64,000 nucleotides of DNA from Maricaulis sp. (GTDB taxonomy: Bacteria; Pseudomonadota; Alphaproteobacteria; Caulobacterales; Maricaulaceae), in the NCBI RefSeq assembly GCF_034670125.1, contig NZ_JAXMOC010000002.1, positions 385,768 to 449,767 of the forward strand, given 5' to 3'. Shown piece by piece: positions 29,301-40,201 of this stretch. Every line of letters begins with the position of its first letter. The first letter of the stretch is position 1. A program made the translations under genes and the position numbers. The notes under the pieces were generated by a model. The model had not been told where the DNA came from. It made no database searches and saw only the letters and a program-made list of their open reading frames with translations.

Positions 29301-29518
29301 AATTCGGCGGTGGGGAAGCGGAGACAGCGGCCAGCTTCGCAGACTTTGACGACACCTTCACCTTGCGGTCCCAGTCGATGCCGGGAACAGGCGCCATATT
29401 CGGTTTCGGTGTCGCAGCCGGCTCCGGTTACTCGACCTTCTCCTTCGATTACGATGCGGATGTGCGGGAAGACTTCATCCGCCATACGGCCCGCCTCGTG
29501 ATGCGGATGGTGTTCTAG
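26342..29518 (+). CDS. Autotransporter-type outer-membrane protein (Gly/Asp-rich beta-helix passenger plus C-terminal barrel)
   Basis: Signal peptide MRRRFLFASALVSLTVTAPAAFA; repetitive G-x-I-x-x-x-G passenger; barrel motifs GGLWVQ and YLRLSESGYTETGGG; terminal Phe. Confidence 0.85.
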   Translation: MRRRFLFASALVSLTVTAPAAFADREITDEITTPVATSTAGDGGVPDNIVISVGGRVTLVPGATGVTIDSDNDVTNGGSIIIEGDDDGGVGIHAVGGNTGTITHTGLIQVIAETRASDTDDPADGLVDGPIAVGSNRVAILVDGAAVFTGDILASAGSTLTVIGNDSAGLRVLTGLDGDIDLAGIVRAIGDNSFGVEIRGDVSGDVDIDGRVEVQGEGSGGILIASDVDGAITIGATVNATAYRFLGRPVEETRNNLEAEDTADSASPVLINGNAAGGVFFSGFSADRPGTPSANITVRGSAPAAHILANASSGDIVLGEVVLEAIPDDPDTADVDESVAAELIGYALVNRGTLSSQGNLDAVNTVSLEVSGADGHTVSLTGGFLNDGTINGSAWQATSTGVLLGTGAIVPTFANAGDILIRTNNEGSTARGVYIDTGANVPMLVNSGTIDATTLNGGGAVAVTDLSNTLTLIENTGEIAAYHLNTLVGTDPQVDDLVAIDLSANTVGTTVRQYRATDAADDHVEELIGQVRFGSGDDVLQVESGVVSGDLSFGDGADQLMISGGNVSGALVDSDGNLAIEVDDAQLALAANTSANITTARFGDGSVIRFQIDDEAGTAANITASGDITFQSGSRVAATLANLIGDGATFVVVSANNLVIEESLDILQDTEAPWLYESNLEFDPNNANALILTLRRRTAAELGMNANQGAAYTAALEGWQTNEELGQAIASLLTQDEFFAAYDQLLPEYSASAIQFALAANDSAVGALANRLEAVRRSPEESGGLWVQEFGYFADRAGSAFGPGYRGHGIGVAVGFDRPVGPFYAVGLNLVGAASEVSEINGVDDPMSAMTAQVGTYAGARFGAFDLDAYAAVGYDRFEHNRRVLIGAFDASSTADWSGWHTSASARISRDLAMGDRWYVRPAFSVDYLRLSESGYTETGGGVGVDLTVGDRESSSFSGTGLLTLGARFENTNSWWSPSVRVGFRNEFGGGEAETAASFADFDDTFTLRSQSMPGTGAIFGFGVAAGSGYSTFSFDYDADVREDFIRHTARLVMRMVF

Positions 29519-29543
29519 ACCCGATTTCGGTCGCCACGGATAC

Positions 29544-29576
29544 AAATGCCCCGGCAGCCGCGCTGCCGGGGCATTT
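29544..29576. terminator. Bidirectional terminator after the autotransporter
   Basis: Perfect 15-bp stem aaatgccccggcagc-cgc-gctgccggggcattt. Confidence 0.88.
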
Positions 29577-29687
29577 TCCTGTGGAACATCACCTGCAGGA
29601 CCGCCCGAGGCTGCACTGACAAGCTGATCACACGGCAAACCCTGCGTAGACTTCACCCCTGACCGCCGACTCGTGCAAAGTGGATAC

Positions 29688-31706
29688 ATGTCGAACCAGA
29701 ACTCCGATTCCGACCTGTTTTCAGGCGCACCGGCGCCGACGCCTTCCAAGGCGCCGGCTCCCGGTTATTCCGCGGCTCATATTGAGGTTCTTGAAGGGCT
29801 GGAAGCGGTCCGACGCCGCCCCGGCATGTATATCGGCGGAACGGACGAGCGCGCCTATCATCACCTGTTTGCGGAAATCCTCGACAACTCGATGGATGAG
29901 GCGGTCGCCGGTTGGGCGGATCGGATCGAGGTTGCCGTCGACGAGGACGGCTATATTACCGTCACCGACAATGGCCGCGGAATTCCCGTCGATCCCCACC
30001 CCAAATACCCCGACAAGTCCGCGCTCGAGGTTGTTCTGACCATCCTTCATGCCGGCGGCAAGTTTTCCGATAGTGCCTACAAGACGTCCGGCGGACTGCA
30101 CGGTGTGGGCATTTCAGTGGTCAATGCCTTGTCCGAAGTGCTCGACGTTGAGGTCGCTCGCGAAAAGACCTTGTGGACCCAATCCTATTCACGCGGCCTG
30201 CCGCAGGGACCATTGGTCAAGGTCGGCCCCGCTCCAAACCGGCGCGGCACCAAGATCCGGTTCTTGCCTGACACCCAGATTTTCGGCGACCGGATGTCGG
30301 TCAAGCCCGCGCGCATCTACGCCATGGCGCGGTCAAAGGCGTTCCTGCGTCGCGGTGTGAAGATCCAATGGCGCTGTGCCCCCAGCCTGGTTGAGGGCAC
30401 CGATACACCGGCGGATGACATTCTGTGTTTCCCGGGCGGACTCGCTGACCGCATGGCCGAGCTGGCCGACAAGCGGGCCCTGGTGACGACCGAAACCTTC
30501 AGCGGCCGCGTCGAACGTGAGGACGGCGCCGGTGGCGTGGAATGGGCGATCACCTGGTCCGCCAATGGTTATGGCGGCGACGCTGACGGCTTTTGCCAGT
30601 CATATTGCAACACGGTTCCGACCCCGCAGGGCGGAACGCACGAGCAGGGTCTGCGGGCCGCCCTGTCCAAGGGCTTGCGTGCCTACGCCGAGCATACCCA
30701 TGCCAAAAAGGCGAGCCAGATCACGGCGGAAGACGTGCTGGGTGGTGCTGGTGCCCTGGTTTCGGTCTTCATTGGCGACCCTGAATTCCAGGGTCAGACG
30801 AAAGAACGCCTCGCGACCCCGGAAGCAACCAAACTCGTTGAGACGGCGGTTCGCGACCAATTTGACCATTGGCTTGCCGGCTCGCCCAAGGAGGCCGCCA
30901 AGCTGGTCGAGTTCGCCATCGAGCGCGCCGACGACCGCATGCGTCGCCGCAAGGAAAAGAACGTCAAGCGGCAGACCGCGTCACGGCGCCTTCGCCTGCC
31001 GGGAAAACTCGCCGACTGCTCTCGGGCGGATGCCGATGGTACCGAACTTTTCCTGGTCGAGGGGGACTCGGCTGGCGGCTCTGCCAAACAGGCCCGGTCG
31101 CGCCAGACCCAGGCAATCCTGCCCTTGCGCGGCAAAATCCTGAACGTGGCCTCCGCCACTGCCGACAAGATTTCGGCCAACCAGGAAATCAGCGATCTCC
31201 TGCTGGCACTGGGGTGTCTGACAGGCAGCAAGTTCAAACTGGAAGACCTGCGCTACGAACGCGTTGTCATCATGACGGATGCCGATGTTGACGGTGCGCA
31301 TATCGCGGCCCTGCTGATTACCTTCTTCTATCGTTCCATGCCGGAGCTCATCCATTCCGGACGGCTTTTCCTGGCCCAGCCGCCGCTCTACCGGCTGACC
31401 CAGGGCAGTCGCACGCTCTATGCGCGCGATGATGCCCATCGTGAGCAGTTGATCCGGGATGAATTCAAGGCCAACAGCAAGATCGAAGTCGGACGCTTCA
31501 AGGGCCTGGGCGAAATGACCCCGTCCCAACTCAAACAAACCACCATGGATCCGGCGGTCCGGACTCTCGCGCGTGTGGTCATCGACGAGAACGACATGCC
31601 CACCCTTGAGGCACTGGTCGAAACGCTGATGGGAAAAAAGCCGGAGGCGCGTTTCAAGTTCATCCAGGACAATGCCACCTTCGTGACGGAAGACCTCGAC
31701 CTGTAG
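29688..31706 (+). CDS. parE: DNA topoisomerase IV subunit B
   Basis: LEGLEAVRRRPGMYIG, DNSMDEA, GGLHGVG, VEGDSAGG, PLRGKILN, MTDADVDG, RFKGLGEM; about 670 aa with no GyrB insertion. Confidence 0.93.
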   Translation: MSNQNSDSDLFSGAPAPTPSKAPAPGYSAAHIEVLEGLEAVRRRPGMYIGGTDERAYHHLFAEILDNSMDEAVAGWADRIEVAVDEDGYITVTDNGRGIPVDPHPKYPDKSALEVVLTILHAGGKFSDSAYKTSGGLHGVGISVVNALSEVLDVEVAREKTLWTQSYSRGLPQGPLVKVGPAPNRRGTKIRFLPDTQIFGDRMSVKPARIYAMARSKAFLRRGVKIQWRCAPSLVEGTDTPADDILCFPGGLADRMAELADKRALVTTETFSGRVEREDGAGGVEWAITWSANGYGGDADGFCQSYCNTVPTPQGGTHEQGLRAALSKGLRAYAEHTHAKKASQITAEDVLGGAGALVSVFIGDPEFQGQTKERLATPEATKLVETAVRDQFDHWLAGSPKEAAKLVEFAIERADDRMRRRKEKNVKRQTASRRLRLPGKLADCSRADADGTELFLVEGDSAGGSAKQARSRQTQAILPLRGKILNVASATADKISANQEISDLLLALGCLTGSKFKLEDLRYERVVIMTDADVDGAHIAALLITFFYRSMPELIHSGRLFLAQPPLYRLTQGSRTLYARDDAHREQLIRDEFKANSKIEVGRFKGLGEMTPSQLKQTTMDPAVRTLARVVIDENDMPTLEALVETLMGKKPEARFKFIQDNATFVTEDLDL

Positions 31707-31823
31707 GACCGCGCAGCCCGGCCACCTCTGTTTCGTTTTCTGACTGTCCGGTGAGTGGACAAGTTCCATCATAACGCTAGCCTCCCTGTCCTGAGATGAT
31801 GATCAGAATCACGAGGGGATCCG

Positions 31824-34439
31824 ATGATGATGCGACGCTCTATTCGTTCAGGACTGGCTGGCTGCGCGCTTTTGGCCATGGCCGCGACCGGACTGGTCGG
31901 CCCCGCCAACGCCGAACCGATCGAGTTTTTCCAGGTTGAGGGTGTCGCCTATGATCCCGGGGTTGCCGCACCGGAGGATTCGATTGGCTGGGGCCTTGGC
32001 GACCGGCCGGTCCGTCACGACCAGCTGGTCACCTACCTCTCGGAAATCGCAAATGGATCAGACCGCATCTCGGTCGAAACCATCGGCTATACGCACGAAC
32101 GTCGGCCGATCCTGTTTTTTGTCGTTACCTCGCCCGAAAACCATGCGCGCATCGATGATATCCGCGCCGCCCACCTCGCCTCGCTCGAACCCGGCGCGGC
32201 GGCGACGGATGGACCGGCAATAGTCTGGTTGAACTACGGGGTCCACGGCGCCGAGTCGGCGGGTATGGATGCGTCGATCCCGACGCTCTACCACCTGGCC
32301 GCCGCACAGGGTGAGGAAATCGAGGCGACGCTGGACAATAGCGTCATCCTGATTACTGCAATCTTCAATCCGGACGGGCACTCGCGCCGCGTCAACCATG
32401 TCGAGACATTCGGCGGCGATGTCCGCACCACCGACCCGGACCATGAGCAGCACAATTTGTGGACCGCCGCCCGAACCAATCACTACTGGTTCGACCTCAA
32501 CCGGCAATGGTTGCTCCAGACCCAACCGGAATCCCGCGCGTGGCTTGAGCAATGGCACGAATGGAAGCCCCAGGTGTCAGCCGATTTCCATGAGATGGGG
32601 ACTGAAAGCACGTTCTACTTCCACCCTGGCGAGCCCCTGCGTCGTAATCCGCTCATTCCCGAGCAGGCCCGCGAACTGACCCTCGGGATCGCTCGCCACC
32701 ACATCAGTTTTCTGGACAGCGAAGCGCGGCTCTACACCTCGGAGGAAGGTTTTGACAATTTCTATGTCGGCAAGGGTTCGACCTATCCGCAGGTCAACGG
32801 GTCACTCGGCATCCTGTTCGAAATCGGCGCGGCGCGCGGCGGCCTGATCGAATCGGAACGCGGGCTTGTCAGCCACGCGGACAATGTTCGCACCCATTTC
32901 CGAACCTCACTGACCACCATTGCCGGTGGCTTGGCCGCTCGCGACCAGATTGCTGCCTATCAGCGCGATTTCTTCACCAGTTCCATGGAGGCGGCCGGCC
33001 GGGATCGTGACCGCGGCTTTGTGTTCACCGCCGAGGGCGATCCGGCCCGGGCCAACATGTTCATTGACCTGCTCAATCGTCACGATATTCGCGTCAATCG
33101 CCTCGCCCGCGATGTCCGCAGCAATGGACGCACCTATGCCGCCGGCGAGAGCTTCGTCGTTTCCCTGGCCCAACCGCAGTACACAATGATCCGGTCGGTG
33201 TTCGACCGGGTTACGACATTTGAGGAAAACGTCTTCTACGACGTGTCGGGCTGGACCCTTCCGCTTGCCTTTGACCTCGACTATTCCGCGCTGGGCCGAA
33301 ATTGGTCAGCCGACCTTGTCGGGGCAGAAACCGGGCCTGCGGCACTGGCCGTAGCCGCTCCGCCGCGGTCGAACTACGGCTATGTGCTGCGTTGGTCCGA
33401 CTATTACGCTCCCCGCGCCCTGTATCGCCTGCTGGACGCCGACATCCGCGTCCGGGTCGCAACAGAGCCGGCCACCATCGCAACCCACACGGGCTCAACC
33501 CCGTTCGGGCCGGGCGCCGTGTTCGTACCGCTGATCGGACAGGACACAGACAATGACACCATCCACCAGCTGATCGAGACCATCGCCCGTGAAGACGGGG
33601 TCGCCGTTTCTTCGGTGACGTCGGGGTCAACTGCGGCGGGAACACCGGATCTGGGTGACGGGAACGGCTTCCGGGCCGTCCGACGCCCGGAAGTCCTGGT
33701 CCTGTTCGACGATGGACTGACCAGCTATGACGCGGGCGAGGTCTGGCACCAGCTCGATCACCGCATGCATATCCCCGTCACCCTGCGGCGCAAGGATGAG
33801 CTGGGCGGTATGGACTGGTCACGTTACACCCATCTGGTCATCGTCGGCGGCGGCAATACCAGCCTGTCATCCCGCACGACCGAACGGGTGAACCAGTGGA
33901 TCCGCGAAGACGGCGGCATCCTGGTCACCATGCGCCAGGCATCCCGGATGGCGCAGTCGGCCTTCCTGGGAATGGAAGCGGCCGAAGACGACGCGGAAGA
34001 CGATGCGGACGCCACCACCGAGCGTCGTGACTATGCCGATATGGGCGTGGACGATGCGGAGCATGTCATTGGGGGGGCCATCTTCCAGACCGACCTCGAT
34101 CCGTCCAATCCGATCGGCTTTGGCTATGGCGACCGCAACCTTCCGGTTCACCGCAATACCAGCTTCACCCTGCAGCGGCCCGAGGACAATCCGTTTGCGG
34201 TCGTCGCGGAGTATACCAACACGCCATTGCTGTCCGGCTACGCGTCACAACGACGACAGGACGAAATCGCAGGAACGCCGGCGATCATCGCCCAGCGGCA
34301 TGGCCGCGGGACTGTCGTCATGTTCGCCGACAACCCGACCTTCCGCGCAACCTTCCGCGGCACCGAGCGGGCGTTCATGAATGCGATCTTTTTCGGCGGC
34401 CTGATCGACCGCCCCTTTGGCGACTACGAAGAGGAATAG
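31824..34439 (+). CDS. Secreted M14-family zinc carboxypeptidase with a C-terminal GATase-like domain
   Basis: Signal peptide; VHGAES, NPDG, RTNHYWFDLNR, DFHEM. Confidence 0.85.
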   Translation: MMMRRSIRSGLAGCALLAMAATGLVGPANAEPIEFFQVEGVAYDPGVAAPEDSIGWGLGDRPVRHDQLVTYLSEIANGSDRISVETIGYTHERRPILFFVVTSPENHARIDDIRAAHLASLEPGAAATDGPAIVWLNYGVHGAESAGMDASIPTLYHLAAAQGEEIEATLDNSVILITAIFNPDGHSRRVNHVETFGGDVRTTDPDHEQHNLWTAARTNHYWFDLNRQWLLQTQPESRAWLEQWHEWKPQVSADFHEMGTESTFYFHPGEPLRRNPLIPEQARELTLGIARHHISFLDSEARLYTSEEGFDNFYVGKGSTYPQVNGSLGILFEIGAARGGLIESERGLVSHADNVRTHFRTSLTTIAGGLAARDQIAAYQRDFFTSSMEAAGRDRDRGFVFTAEGDPARANMFIDLLNRHDIRVNRLARDVRSNGRTYAAGESFVVSLAQPQYTMIRSVFDRVTTFEENVFYDVSGWTLPLAFDLDYSALGRNWSADLVGAETGPAALAVAAPPRSNYGYVLRWSDYYAPRALYRLLDADIRVRVATEPATIATHTGSTPFGPGAVFVPLIGQDTDNDTIHQLIETIAREDGVAVSSVTSGSTAAGTPDLGDGNGFRAVRRPEVLVLFDDGLTSYDAGEVWHQLDHRMHIPVTLRRKDELGGMDWSRYTHLVIVGGGNTSLSSRTTERVNQWIREDGGILVTMRQASRMAQSAFLGMEAAEDDAEDDADATTERRDYADMGVDDAEHVIGGAIFQTDLDPSNPIGFGYGDRNLPVHRNTSFTLQRPEDNPFAVVAEYTNTPLLSGYASQRRQDEIAGTPAIIAQRHGRGTVVMFADNPTFRATFRGTERAFMNAIFFGGLIDRPFGDYEEE

Positions 34440-34599
34440 GCCGCCAGCTGGCCGTTCGCGGCCATTCGGGCTCCGCTCCGGCCTGGCGTCAGGACCGGGG
34501 CGAAAACTGACCGATCAGGGTTTGACGACCCGGTCCGGAAAGCGTTCAATCACTCATCTCTTCCGGCTGGTCACGCCGGACACAAAGTGGGGAATACCA

Positions 34600-36027
34600 A
34601 TGACTTTCAAGGCATGGATGCCAACCTTGGCGGCGACAGCTGCCCTGGGTCTGGCGGCGTGCAGCTCGGGTACCGAAAGCGATGGTACCGAAGCTGCATC
34701 ATCACAATCCGATATCGTTCGGCACAGTCTCGATCCATATCCATCAACCTACTCACCGCGACCCAGCGGCGTCACCCTCATCCAGGGAGGAACGATTTTT
34801 GATGGCTTGGGCGGTGAGATTGAAGGCGGCGATGTCCTGATCGAGAATGGCCGCATTGTTGCGGTCGGGACCGGCCTCGAGGCACCGGAAGGCGCGACCG
34901 TGGTGGACGCCACGGGACGCTATGTAACCCCGGGTGTAGTCGACATCCATTCCCATTTGGGCGCCTACCCCTCGCCCGGCGTCAGCGCCCACAGCGACGG
35001 CAATGAGGCGACCCAGCCAGTGACCTCCGAAGTTTGGGTCGAGCACAGCGTCTGGCCCCAGGATCCCGGGTTCGAGGCAGCCCTGGCCGGCGGCGTCACT
35101 ACGCTGCATGTGCTACCCGGTTCCGCCAATCTTTTTGGCGGTCGCGGTGTGACCTTGCGCAATGTGTCTGCCCGCACAGTCCAGGAAATGAAGTTCCCGG
35201 AGGCCCCCTACACGCTCAAGATGGCCTGTGGCGAAAACCCGTCCCGGGTCTACGGCAATCGGGGCCAGTCGCCGGCGACTGACATGGGCAACATGGCGGG
35301 CTACCGGACCGCCTGGATCCGGGCGTCGGAATATCGCGACAGCTGGCAGGAATACTGGGACGCCGCTGAAGCCGGTGACGACGCCTCGGCACCGACACGC
35401 GATCTTGAGCTGGAAACCCTGATGGGTGTCCTCGACGGCGAGATCCTGATCCAGATGCATTGCTACAGGGCCGACCAGATGGCCCAGATCATCGATCTCT
35501 CCCAAGAGTTTGGCTATCAGGTAACGACTTTCCACCACGCTGTGGAAGCCTATAAGATTCCTGACCTTCTGGCCGAGAACGGCACCTGTGCCGCAGTCTG
35601 GGCTGATTGGGGCGGATTCAAGATGGAGGCTTATGACGCCATCCGTGAGAACCTGGCCATGACGCATGCCAATGGCGCCTGCGCCATGATCCATTCGGAC
35701 AGCGACATGGGCATCCAGCGGCTCAACCAGGAAGTGGCCAAGGCCTTGGGCGATGGTCGCCGGGCCGGTCTGGACATCTCCGACGGCGAAGCCTGGCGCT
35801 GGCTGTCTTCCAATCCAGCCGAAGCACTCGGCATTGCCGATCAGACCGGCAGCCTGCAGGCCGGTTTGCGCGCCGATGTCGTGCTTTGGTCGGGCAATCC
35901 CTATTCAACTTACACACGTGCGGACCTAGTCTGGATCGACGGAGCCCTGAGCTTTGACCGCCGCGACGAAGACGACCAGCCGGTACGCGACTTCATGCTC
36001 GGCCAGCCGGGTGAAGGAGACCAATGA
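34600..36027 (+). CDS. Amidohydrolase-superfamily lipoprotein with an intact metal site
   Basis: Lipobox LAAC; DIHSH, LKMACGENP, QMHCY, FHHAVE, IHSDS. Confidence 0.88.
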   Translation: MTFKAWMPTLAATAALGLAACSSGTESDGTEAASSQSDIVRHSLDPYPSTYSPRPSGVTLIQGGTIFDGLGGEIEGGDVLIENGRIVAVGTGLEAPEGATVVDATGRYVTPGVVDIHSHLGAYPSPGVSAHSDGNEATQPVTSEVWVEHSVWPQDPGFEAALAGGVTTLHVLPGSANLFGGRGVTLRNVSARTVQEMKFPEAPYTLKMACGENPSRVYGNRGQSPATDMGNMAGYRTAWIRASEYRDSWQEYWDAAEAGDDASAPTRDLELETLMGVLDGEILIQMHCYRADQMAQIIDLSQEFGYQVTTFHHAVEAYKIPDLLAENGTCAAVWADWGGFKMEAYDAIRENLAMTHANGACAMIHSDSDMGIQRLNQEVAKALGDGRRAGLDISDGEAWRWLSSNPAEALGIADQTGSLQAGLRADVVLWSGNPYSTYTRADLVWIDGALSFDRRDEDDQPVRDFMLGQPGEGDQ

Positions 36028-37298
36028 TGAGAACCATCCTTCCAGCCCTCGCCCTGGCGCTTGCCAGCGCAGCGCCCGGCCTGGCGCAGTCCTATGCGGT
36101 CACAAATGGCCGCGTGGTCACCAACACCGAACAAGGCGTCATTGCCGACGGCACCGTCCTGGTCCGCGATGGCAACATCGTCGCGGTCGGTGCCGAGGTC
36201 AGCATACCTGACGGCACAGACATCATCGACGCCAATGGCGGGTGGATCACGCCCGGCCTGTTCGCGCCCTTTACACAGATCGGCCTCACCGAGGTGGCCT
36301 TGGAGGGCTCGACGACGGATTCCGGCGCCAACGATTCGCCGTATTCGGTCGCGCTGGATGTCAGCGACGGATTCAATCCGGGCGGAACGCATATCGCGGC
36401 CACCCGCATGCGAGGTGTGACCCGAGCCGCCATCTACCCGACAACCGGCCACAATATTTTTGCCGGCCAGGGCGCGCTGGTGGAAACAGGCGGCGAAGGC
36501 GACTCGCTGTTCCAGAGCAACAGTTTCGTGTTTGCCGACCTGAGCCAATCCGGCGCATCCACTGCTGGCGGGTCGAGACCCGCTGCTTGGGCCTTTTTGG
36601 AGGCCGCCTTCAACGATGCCCGCGGCTATCCAGGCCGTTTCTCGGCCGATCACGAGGGCGACGCACTCAATCGCTATGACGCCCAGGCCTTGTTGCCGGT
36701 GGTCCGCGGTCGCGTCCCTCTGGTCCTTAATATCGATCGCGCGGCAGACCTGCGCCGGGCGATCCGCTTCCAGGCTGACAATGCGCCGGTCCAGATCATC
36801 ATTGAGGGCGGTGCCGAAGCCTGGATGGTTGCCGACGAGCTGGCCGCGGCGGGTATTCCGGTCTTGCTGGATCCGCTTCGCAACCTGCCGGCCTCGTTTG
36901 ACGAGGTCGCCGCGACGCTGGATGGAGCCCAACGTCTCCATGCAGCGGGCGTGACGGTCGCTTACACCACGCAAACCTCGGACGGGTATTACAACGCCCG
37001 CCTGATCGCCCAACACGCCGGCAATGCCGTGGCCAATGGGGTTGCCTGGGATCAGGCCTTCCGGTCCATCACCCTGACACCGGCCGAGATCTATGGCGTC
37101 GGCGAGCGCTACGGTGCGCTGGCGACCGGCTATGCCGGCGATGTCGTTGTTTGGGACGGGGACCCGCTGGAGGTGATGAGTTCACCTGTCGCGGTTCTGA
37201 TCGATGGCGAGTTGACGGCCATGGATTCACGGCAATCGCGCCTGCGCGACCGTTACATCAATATCACGGACGAGACGCCATTCGCGTATCGGCGTTAG
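36024..37298 (+). CDS. Secreted amidohydrolase-fold protein lacking metal ligands
   Basis: Signal peptide; IDANGGWITPGLF followed by APFTQ in place of DxHxH; ITLTPAEIYG and DVVVWDGDPL; ATGA overlap with the upstream gene. Confidence 0.8.
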   Translation: MMRTILPALALALASAAPGLAQSYAVTNGRVVTNTEQGVIADGTVLVRDGNIVAVGAEVSIPDGTDIIDANGGWITPGLFAPFTQIGLTEVALEGSTTDSGANDSPYSVALDVSDGFNPGGTHIAATRMRGVTRAAIYPTTGHNIFAGQGALVETGGEGDSLFQSNSFVFADLSQSGASTAGGSRPAAWAFLEAAFNDARGYPGRFSADHEGDALNRYDAQALLPVVRGRVPLVLNIDRAADLRRAIRFQADNAPVQIIIEGGAEAWMVADELAAAGIPVLLDPLRNLPASFDEVAATLDGAQRLHAAGVTVAYTTQTSDGYYNARLIAQHAGNAVANGVAWDQAFRSITLTPAEIYGVGERYGALATGYAGDVVVWDGDPLEVMSSPVAVLIDGELTAMDSRQSRLRDRYINITDETPFAYRR

Positions 37299-37411
37299 CG
37301 GTTCAGCCTTGTTGCGTTGACTTGCAGCCGGGCCACCGTATTTTGCGCTCACCAAGCGGCCGCGCCCCTACGGCGCGGCCGTCCTGATTTCAGGTCAAGC
37401 CAAAGGATGCC

Positions 37412-38938
<1,527 letters not shown>

Positions 38939-39092
38939 AAACGCCGGCAGTCGGTCGCAGCCCTTGTTGGGGCCGACTTCAGTTTCGACTCATATGGCAT
39001 GAGTGATTTTTACCTCTTCTTTCCGTTTGCTGGTTAGTTTCAGGATTAACCGCAGGGCGAAGCCATTCGCCTCCGCAGGAAAGGACTTTCTG

Positions 39093-40145
39093 GTGAACGG
39101 TCGACTGCTTGGCAAAGAAGGACGTGAGTTCGCGCTCAAAGCGCTGGATCTCATGGATCAATTCGGCATAGCGCCGACCCCGGAAAACTATTCCGTCTGG
39201 ATCTGCTTCGCGAGCGACACCAATCCGGAACTCTGCGAATCGCTCAAGAGTCATATCGAGGCCGGCGGAAACTTTTCGGAATCCGTCAATAATGACCTGT
39301 TCGAACAGTATTTTCAGTGGAAAGCCATCCAGGACGCCGTCCTCGAAAGCGGCGGCGTCATGTGCCGCGAACTCGGCGTCGTCAAGGAATCCCTCGAAGC
39401 TGCCGAGCGCGACACCGCCGCTTACGGCGCGGCCCTGGAGGGCGCGAGCCACGAGCTGACCGCGACGCCGGACGCCCCGGGCATGAAAAAGCTGGTGGAA
39501 AGCCTCGTCTCGGCTACGGCCCGCATGCAACGTCGCAGCCAGGCGCTGGAAGACCGGCTGCAGGCGACGTCCAATGAAGTCACCCAGTTGCGGTCACATC
39601 TGGAAAAGGTTCGCGAAGAAGCCATGACCGATGCCCTCACCGGCATCGCCAACCGGAAACGCTTCGATGAGTCCCTGCGCCGTGCCCGCCGTGACGCCGA
39701 TACCAAGAAAGAGCCGCTGAGCCTGATTCTCTGCGACATCGACTTCTTCAAGCGCTTCAATGACACTTGGGGTCACCAGACCGGCGACCAGATCATCCGG
39801 TTCGTGGCAGGCTGCCTCACCCGGCATGCCGGCGAGTCCCATCTTGTCGCCCGCTATGGCGGTGAAGAGTTCGGGATCGTGATGCCGAACACGACGCCCG
39901 ACGTGGCTGAGCAGGTGGCCGAGAAAATCCGCAAAACCGTCGAATCAAAGAAACTGCTTCGTAAATCAACCAATGAAGACCTCGGCAATATCACGGTCTC
40001 ATTGGGCATCGCGAACTACCACGAAGGCGAGTCGATCGAGGAGTTGATCGAACGGTCCGATACCAACCTTTATCGGTCGAAAACCGAGGGCCGCAATCGG
40101 ACCACGACTGATGGCAGCCGCGAAAGATCTCGCAGCGCGGCCTGA
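39093..40145 (+). CDS. Diguanylate cyclase with coiled-coil plus GGEEF (DgcB-like architecture)
   Basis: PTPENYSVW N-domain, TDALTGIANR, DIDFFKRFNDTWGH, ARYGGEEF; GTG start behind AAGGA. Confidence 0.9.
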   Translation: MNGRLLGKEGREFALKALDLMDQFGIAPTPENYSVWICFASDTNPELCESLKSHIEAGGNFSESVNNDLFEQYFQWKAIQDAVLESGGVMCRELGVVKESLEAAERDTAAYGAALEGASHELTATPDAPGMKKLVESLVSATARMQRRSQALEDRLQATSNEVTQLRSHLEKVREEAMTDALTGIANRKRFDESLRRARRDADTKKEPLSLILCDIDFFKRFNDTWGHQTGDQIIRFVAGCLTRHAGESHLVARYGGEEFGIVMPNTTPDVAEQVAEKIRKTVESKKLLRKSTNEDLGNITVSLGIANYHEGESIEELIERSDTNLYRSKTEGRNRTTTDGSRERSRSAA

Positions 40146-40171
40146 CCGCAAGTGCCAATCGCCAGAAATCC

Positions 40172-40197
40172 GGCCACTCCAAAGGGGCGGCCTTTTT
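40172..40197 (+). terminator. Terminator after the DGC gene
   Basis: ggccactcc-aaa-ggggcggcc imperfect stem followed by ttttt. Confidence 0.55.
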
Positions 40198-40201
40198 CAT
40201 G

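Noticed and set aside
39032-39051. GGTTAGTTTCAGGATTAACC as a CtrA box upstream of the DGC gene
   Set aside because: Only one good TTAAC half-site, and the spacing is N8 rather than TTAA-N7-TTAA; cannot be supported.
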